Positions 58,685-64,000 of a DNA stretch of 64,000 nt are shown here, piece after piece (position 1 is the stretch's first letter; every line of letters starts with the position of its first letter). The position numbers were made by a program, and so were the translations under genes. The DNA lies in contig OZ024742.1 of assembly GCA_964016885.1 (NCBI GenBank), forward strand, positions 323,020,001 through 323,084,000. The letters run 5' to 3'. The notes under the pieces were generated by a model. That model ran no database searches. It was not told the origin of the DNA and saw only the letters and a program-made list of their open reading frames with translations. Source of the stretch: Eledone cirrhosa (taxonomy: Eukaryota).

Positions 58685-61600
58685 CTACAGGATGGTATAC
58701 AGAGAAGGCCCATTTACACGAGCCATTCTCGCCACTATCACCCACCTTTCATAAAACTGCCTGTGGCCAAGCACCTCTCTCTCCATTCTTATCCTTCTTC
58801 CGAAGTGATATCGGAAGAAGTAGACCAGACTATGGCCAGAGAGGAAGTTGCCTGACCTCAGACCTTTCAATCGTGTCCACCAAACAACCTCTTTCAACAT
58901 GGCTATTACGCACAGAAAAACCGCCTTTGCTTCCTTTGTGAAGAGGGGAGGCGGTTTGATTGTCATCACGGACTCGGCGGTCAATTTAATCGGCGCCACC
59001 CGCGACAGCAGTCGTTCGGCGTAGCCCCACAGATCAGCCACGCCCGGACATTGCACCAATGCGTGCGCAACGGTTTCTTCGTGACGCACGCATCTAGGGC
59101 AAATCTTTTTTGAGGGATCCCTGCCCGGGCGCCCGTGTCTGTAGAGCCTCTCTCGAACGGGTAGAGCCCCCCGGTAGCACTGCCAGGCCAGTGACTTCTG
59201 GAAGTTGTCCATTGGTCCTGGGCCGAAAGTTCTACCGAACAGGCTGGCCAGTTCGTCTTCTTCCATGTCCAGCGACTCTCCAAGGGTGTCATCGCCCCTG
59301 CTAGCCACCAGCCCTCTATAGAATGATGAGGTGGATTCTCCACCGATGGCCTGGCCCGCTTGCCAGAGAGCCCTGAGCGCCTGAGCACACTCAGTGTGCC
59401 AGTCTCCCAGTTTTCCGGATCTTTGCTTGACCCAGGACTGTAGCTCGGTGAGCGAGACGAGTCTCGGAAAGGCTCGTTTCACGAACGGAGCCCACACCGG
59501 TTGACCAGTGAGGAATACCTGTAGGTGCCGTAGCCTTAATGCGTGCCTACGCATCATCAACCACGGCATCCCCAGCCCTCCTTTCGAAGGTTGTTGGCAG
59601 CAGATGGATCTTCTCACCATAGGAGGGCGCTTCTTCCAAAGAAATTGGAAGAACATGCGTTCCATGGTGGTGAGTGTTTCCTTAGGGCAAGGCACGACAG
59701 TCAGGCGGTAGTAAGTGACGGACGCTATGTAAATGTTCGCCACCTCCGCCCGGCCTTTTAGGGACAGCTTACACTTGGCCCATTTCTGGGTTAGTGCAAA
59801 CACCTTGTTCGTAACCTCGTTCCAGTTCTTTTCCACCTGGAGGTCCGGTCCAAATCAGACCCCAAGCAACTTTACCGGGCCCTCCGTCCAGTGTCCGACG
59901 ACACCGTCAGGAGGCATCGGTTTGCCTCTCCACGTTCCGAGTTGCAGCCCGATGGATTTTTCCCGGTTCAGTTTCGCTCCTGACAACCTTTCGTACTCCT
60001 CCAGTAAGGTACCGATCGCCTCGATCTCCGAGTCGGTCGATACCATTACTGTTACGTCATCGGCGTAGGCCGACACCGCTTTGCTCAATCCTGGTTCCAG
60101 GGGGATACCCTGCAACAACTCCAACTTCCTCAGTAAAGGCTCGAGAGTCAATACGTACAGAAGGGAGGAGAGAGGGCACCCCTGTCGAATGGATCGTGTG
60201 ATTTCGAACGGCTTCGAAAGGTAGCCGTTCACCTTGATCCTAGAACAGATGTGGTTGCTATGTAGGGCAGTGATCCAGCCTCTGAAAACAGGACCGAACC
60301 CAGCCGCCGCTAGCACCGCATCCAGGTAACCATGGTCGACCCTATCGAAGGCCTTAGACTGATCCAAGTTGATCAGGGCTCCACCGAAGCCGGGTTTGTT
60401 GCCAACCCTCTCTATGATGTATCGCATGAGGTGGAGGTTATCGTGAATGGACCTGGATGGGATAGCACATGTCTGCGCATTTCCCACCAGGCCGCCCACG
60501 ACAAGCGCCAACCTCTTTGCTAACACCTTGGCCAAAATCTTTAACTCTGTGTTTAGCAGGGTTATGGGCCGAAAATTATTTATACTATCCCCCTTGTTCT
60601 CGTCCTTCCTCGCCAGCGTGACTACGCCCTTGGCTACAGAACAAGGAATTCTCCCGTTCTGCTGCCAATTGCAGTAGACCGCTTCAAGGAGTTCGGAGAA
60701 GAAGACCGGCATTGCTAAATAAAGTTCGTAAGGTATACCATCGAGACCTGGAGATTTGCGTCTGCTGCATTGGCTCAGCGCATCTCCGATCTCATCAGCC
60801 GAGATTGGTCCCTCGCAGGACTCTGCCTCTTCGTTCGAGAGACGCGGCAGGCCGTCGAGGTATGGACCGAAATCCACGCCCCCGCCCGGACCTTCGCCTC
60901 CCCCGAACAATCGGGCAAAGTGCCTTTGAAAGGCCTCGCACATCTGCTTAGGCTCCCGGATCACCCGTCCATCTTCGTCTTGCAACGACCGGATGGTGGA
61001 TCGATTTCCACTCTTAGCTTCTGTCACGCGGGCCCATCCAACGGCTTTGGCCCCCTCATTACCTAGAGCACGTATTTTACTTCGAATGACGCAGCCTTCG
61101 TGCTTTGCATCGAAAAACTGGTTCAAGGCCGTCCTCGATGCCAGCACTCTGGCCACATCTTCGCTCTTGATTGCCTCTTCTAATTTACCTGTTAATTCTT
61201 TCTCGTTTCTATTCCTATCGGCAGCTAACATCTTGCTATAACTTATTGATTTTGTTCTAATCTCTCTTTTGAGAGATGCCCACCATCGGTTGTTGACGAT
61301 TGCACCCGTCAACCTCTCCTTAACTAATCTGCTAATCCGGTTTCTGTAAGTCTCTTTTGCCGGTAAAGACAAATTAAGTTTCCAGTAACCGGGACCCTGT
61401 CTATGTGTTTTCTCGAGATTGACCACGCAGGTCACTAATTTGTGATCCGTGTAGCCAATCGTGCGCATTTCTGGACAGCTTAATATGTCCCTATCCTTAC
61501 TTCTAACTAAGAATCTATCTAAGTACGATCTAGATTGACCACTGTGGTTTCTCCAAGTCCAGGTAGGCACAGTTGGAAAATCTAGACGATATCTATCGAC

Positions 61601-62122
61601 CAAGTTAAAACGGTCGAGTAACCCCTTGAGGCTGTTACACCCCCCTCTATTAGGACATGCTCCTGCATAGTCCCAACGTGCATCCAGGATGTCATTCCAA
61701 TCCCCCGCTAGAAGCAGGGAACGCGACGTTCCCAGAAAAGTCTCCAAACGCTGGAAGAAGTCGGGCCGTTCAGCTCCGAAAGGGGAGTAGACGGCGACCA
61801 GTCTCAAGGCCGCACTTTCACTACTGCCAACGTCTAGCACCAACAAACGACCCTCCGGGTCCGAGTGCACAACCTGTACGGCAAGACCCAGGTGATTTTG
61901 CAGCAGTACGACAACCCCACCCCCACCTCCAGGTTGACAGAGAGATGCATGCACCTCAAAGTCATCGAAGGTGGGGGCCAGCTGCCGCACGACGCTGATT
62001 CGAGTCTCACAGATAACCATTACATTTATACTACATGACCTGAGGTCATTTAGAAGCTTTGCTTGCTTCCAAGTTGAGCCCAGGCCACGTGCATTCAAAC
62101 ATCCTACTCTTAACACATCCAT
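58685..62122 (-). pseudogene. Tx1 ORF2 (APE-RT-zinc knuckle, about 1145 codons) with one in-frame TGA at 59855-59857
   Basis: CLNARGL, ICETR, GDWN, YLDRFL, TDHK, GYWKLN, KSPGLDG, FRPITLLN, DQSKAFDRV, RQGCPLS, YADD, LLGV*FGPD (expected W), CPRC..ETVAHALVQC. Confidence 0.92.
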
Positions 62123-62155
62123 GTGGGCGGAAGAGCCAAAGGAGAGTGTAGAGAC

Positions 62156-63833
62156 CTACCTTTCCGCTTCCCGGGGTTCGGGTTGCACGACTTCCATGGG
62201 GTCGGGGGTGTTGGGTGAAGGGGTGTCTTGTGGTGGTGTGGGGTCGTCAGTGTGGTGTGGTGGGGTTGGGGTGTTTGGAGTTGTGTTGGGGAGGGGAAGG
62301 GGAGGGGGAAAGCTTTTTAGTAGGACGCGGTTTATGGGTTTGACAGAGGGTGGTCCTACGTCCTCCTTAAAATCCTTTTTTAGTTTTTGGTAGAGGTTCA
62401 TTGGGATCTTTATTAATTTTAAATGTGGGTAGTTTTCTGACGAAACAAAGTTTACACCTTCGGTTTGTACCGAAGGATTATTGTATATGAGTTCATTTAA
62501 TTTATTATTGTTTCTGTTGATGTAAGTATAGTGTAATGTCTTTTTTTCCGATGGTGTGAGTGTTTCGAAGAGGGGAGGGGCAGGTTTGGTTTTGTTTGTT
62601 GCTGGAGGGGTGTTTTCTGTTTTGTTGGATTGTGTTGAGATTTGGGTGGGGGTTGTTTGTCCTTGTGTGTTTTGCACATGTTTTCTTTTTTTCCTTTTAA
62701 TCTGTCTGAAGGACTCCGTTTCTTCCTCCGAATTCAGTGTTGGAGGGAAGAGGTATGTTTGCTGGTAATGTTTCCGTGTTGGTTTTCTTTGTGGGGGAGA
62801 TAGATGTCACTATGTTAGACTGTGTTGTGTGTTGTGTCTGCGGTGGTTGTGTTGTTTTATTGAGTGAGAGGTTGGGTGGGCCTGTATTTTGTTTTGGGGT
62901 AATGTGTTGTGACTGTTTGTGTTGTGGTGGTGTTGTGGTTTTACTGAGGGACGGGTTGGGTGGGACTGAGTTTTGTTGTTTGTTTATCTGTTGTGGTGGT
63001 GGTGGTGGAGCTGGTGTTGGTAGCAGGGTTTTCTTTTTGTTGAGTTGGGGACAAGCGGCCTTCAGGTGCCCTCTGCCTGCACAGATATGGCAGGACGGCC
63101 TTCTCCCCTCCACGCTAATGTTTATATACCCGTGGTCCTCTAATAGGATTCTGTCGGGTATTTGGGCGACGCGTTCAGGCTTCATTTGCACTACCAGCTC
63201 TATACCTGTTCCACTGAACGCATTTCCTGTGGTTTTCCCAATGGAAATCACGTTGTCATTCAGTGGATCGATGAAGCCAGCTATGAGCCAGCAGTAGTCC
63301 ACATCTGGCATCATTGCATCCAGCCATATGCGTTGAGTTCTTTTCCCCATATAAGATGGATAAAAGGTGAAATTTTTCGAACGAATCGGTGACAAAGCAC
63401 ATTTTTTTGCCGCCGATTCGTTCTTCATGATAATTGCTAGGCTTCCATACAGTCTGTCTTTTCTTATGAAAGTGGTTTCATTAAGAACTTCTGTGAGTAC
63501 TGTTTTGATATCTGCTTGAGAAGGCTGTTCAGGTTTTTTTGTACTGTTGTTGATGGTCCGAAACTTGACTGTTCGGCTTTCAATGTCTTTCGTGAATTCT
63601 TGAGGCATTTTTACCGATAAAATACCATTCTCTCCTTCACTTATGTATTGTTTGGCGTCCGTGATCCTTCGTACCACATCTGAAATGTTTTCCGCTATAT
63701 AAGTCAAAGATTTCTTTGTTTTCTGTGCAAATGAAATCTTGTCGTCTGCTTTGCTTTCTGATATAGTGTTATTTTCAAATGTTATTTTTGTGTTTGTTGT
63801 GTCTTTGTTTGTGTTATTAGTATTGTCATGCAA
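62156..63833 (-). pseudogene. Tx1 ORF1 (CCHC knuckle, P/Q/T-rich tail) with one frameshift near 62745
   Basis: IPDRI..ISVEGRRPSCHICAGRGHLKAACP; the alternative frame continues NSEEETESFRQIKRKKRKHVQNTQ into ORF 62156-62677. Confidence 0.82.
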
Positions 63834-64000
63834 TTTTTCAAATTTTTTTTTTCGCTGTTGGAATCCATGTCCAGATTTGTGTTTTCGTCATTTTTTTTTT
63901 CCCGCAGATTCGTCTGTTTTTATTTTAATTTTTCCTTCCTTCTCTATGACGTTAGTTGGGAAGGAAGGGGGGACTAAAGCGTGCGAGCTTACAACTCTTA

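Larger units (their letters stand above)
58471..64000 (-). mobile_element. Tx1/L1-clade LINE, near intact; 5' end runs off the window
   Basis: Two-ORF organisation; 3' UTR ends AATAAAGAA(ATCT)n. Confidence 0.93.

Noticed and set aside
59855-59857. Programmed readthrough or selenocysteine TGA in Tx1 ORF2
   Set aside because: It falls at an expected Trp (LGVWFG); a simple TGG>TGA mutation or sequencing error explains it.

Overview
Eukaryotic, AT-rich, repeat-dense genomic DNA. The tRNA-derived SINEs with (GAT)n/(ATT)n tails, abundant RTE LINEs and (TA)n tracts suggest an invertebrate, most likely an octopod cephalopod; this is inference only. Two spliced host genes can be rebuilt by hand with consistent GT-AG phases: a 7-exon F-box/WD40-like gene (+, 6411-28243, 436 aa) and a 2-exon RWDD2 gene (-, 45189-33723, 316 aa), arranged tail-to-tail. 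Nearly all other sequence is transposon-derived: CRE, R4/Dong, RTE, CR1/Jockey-group and Tx1/L1 LINEs, a Penelope remnant, Merlin (ISXO2-like) and mariner remnants, several MITEs, SINEs, and a young non-coding LTR element with apparently identical LTRs, a tRNA-Trp PBS and a 4-bp TSD. The most unusual structures are: (i) three independent fold-back inverted repeats (about 87 nt, 1.2 kb and 240 nt) between the convergent gene 3' ends; (ii) an RTE insertion with twin-priming 5'-inversion geometry; (iii) a near-intact Tx1 element ending in a (GATA)n microsatellite; (iv) short CRE-endonuclease-tail fragments. No CRISPR, rRNA or bona fide tRNA genes were found. I cannot demonstrate a new biological system from sequence alone. 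All alignments were done by eye, and TE boundaries are approximate unless a TSD or TIR is quoted.
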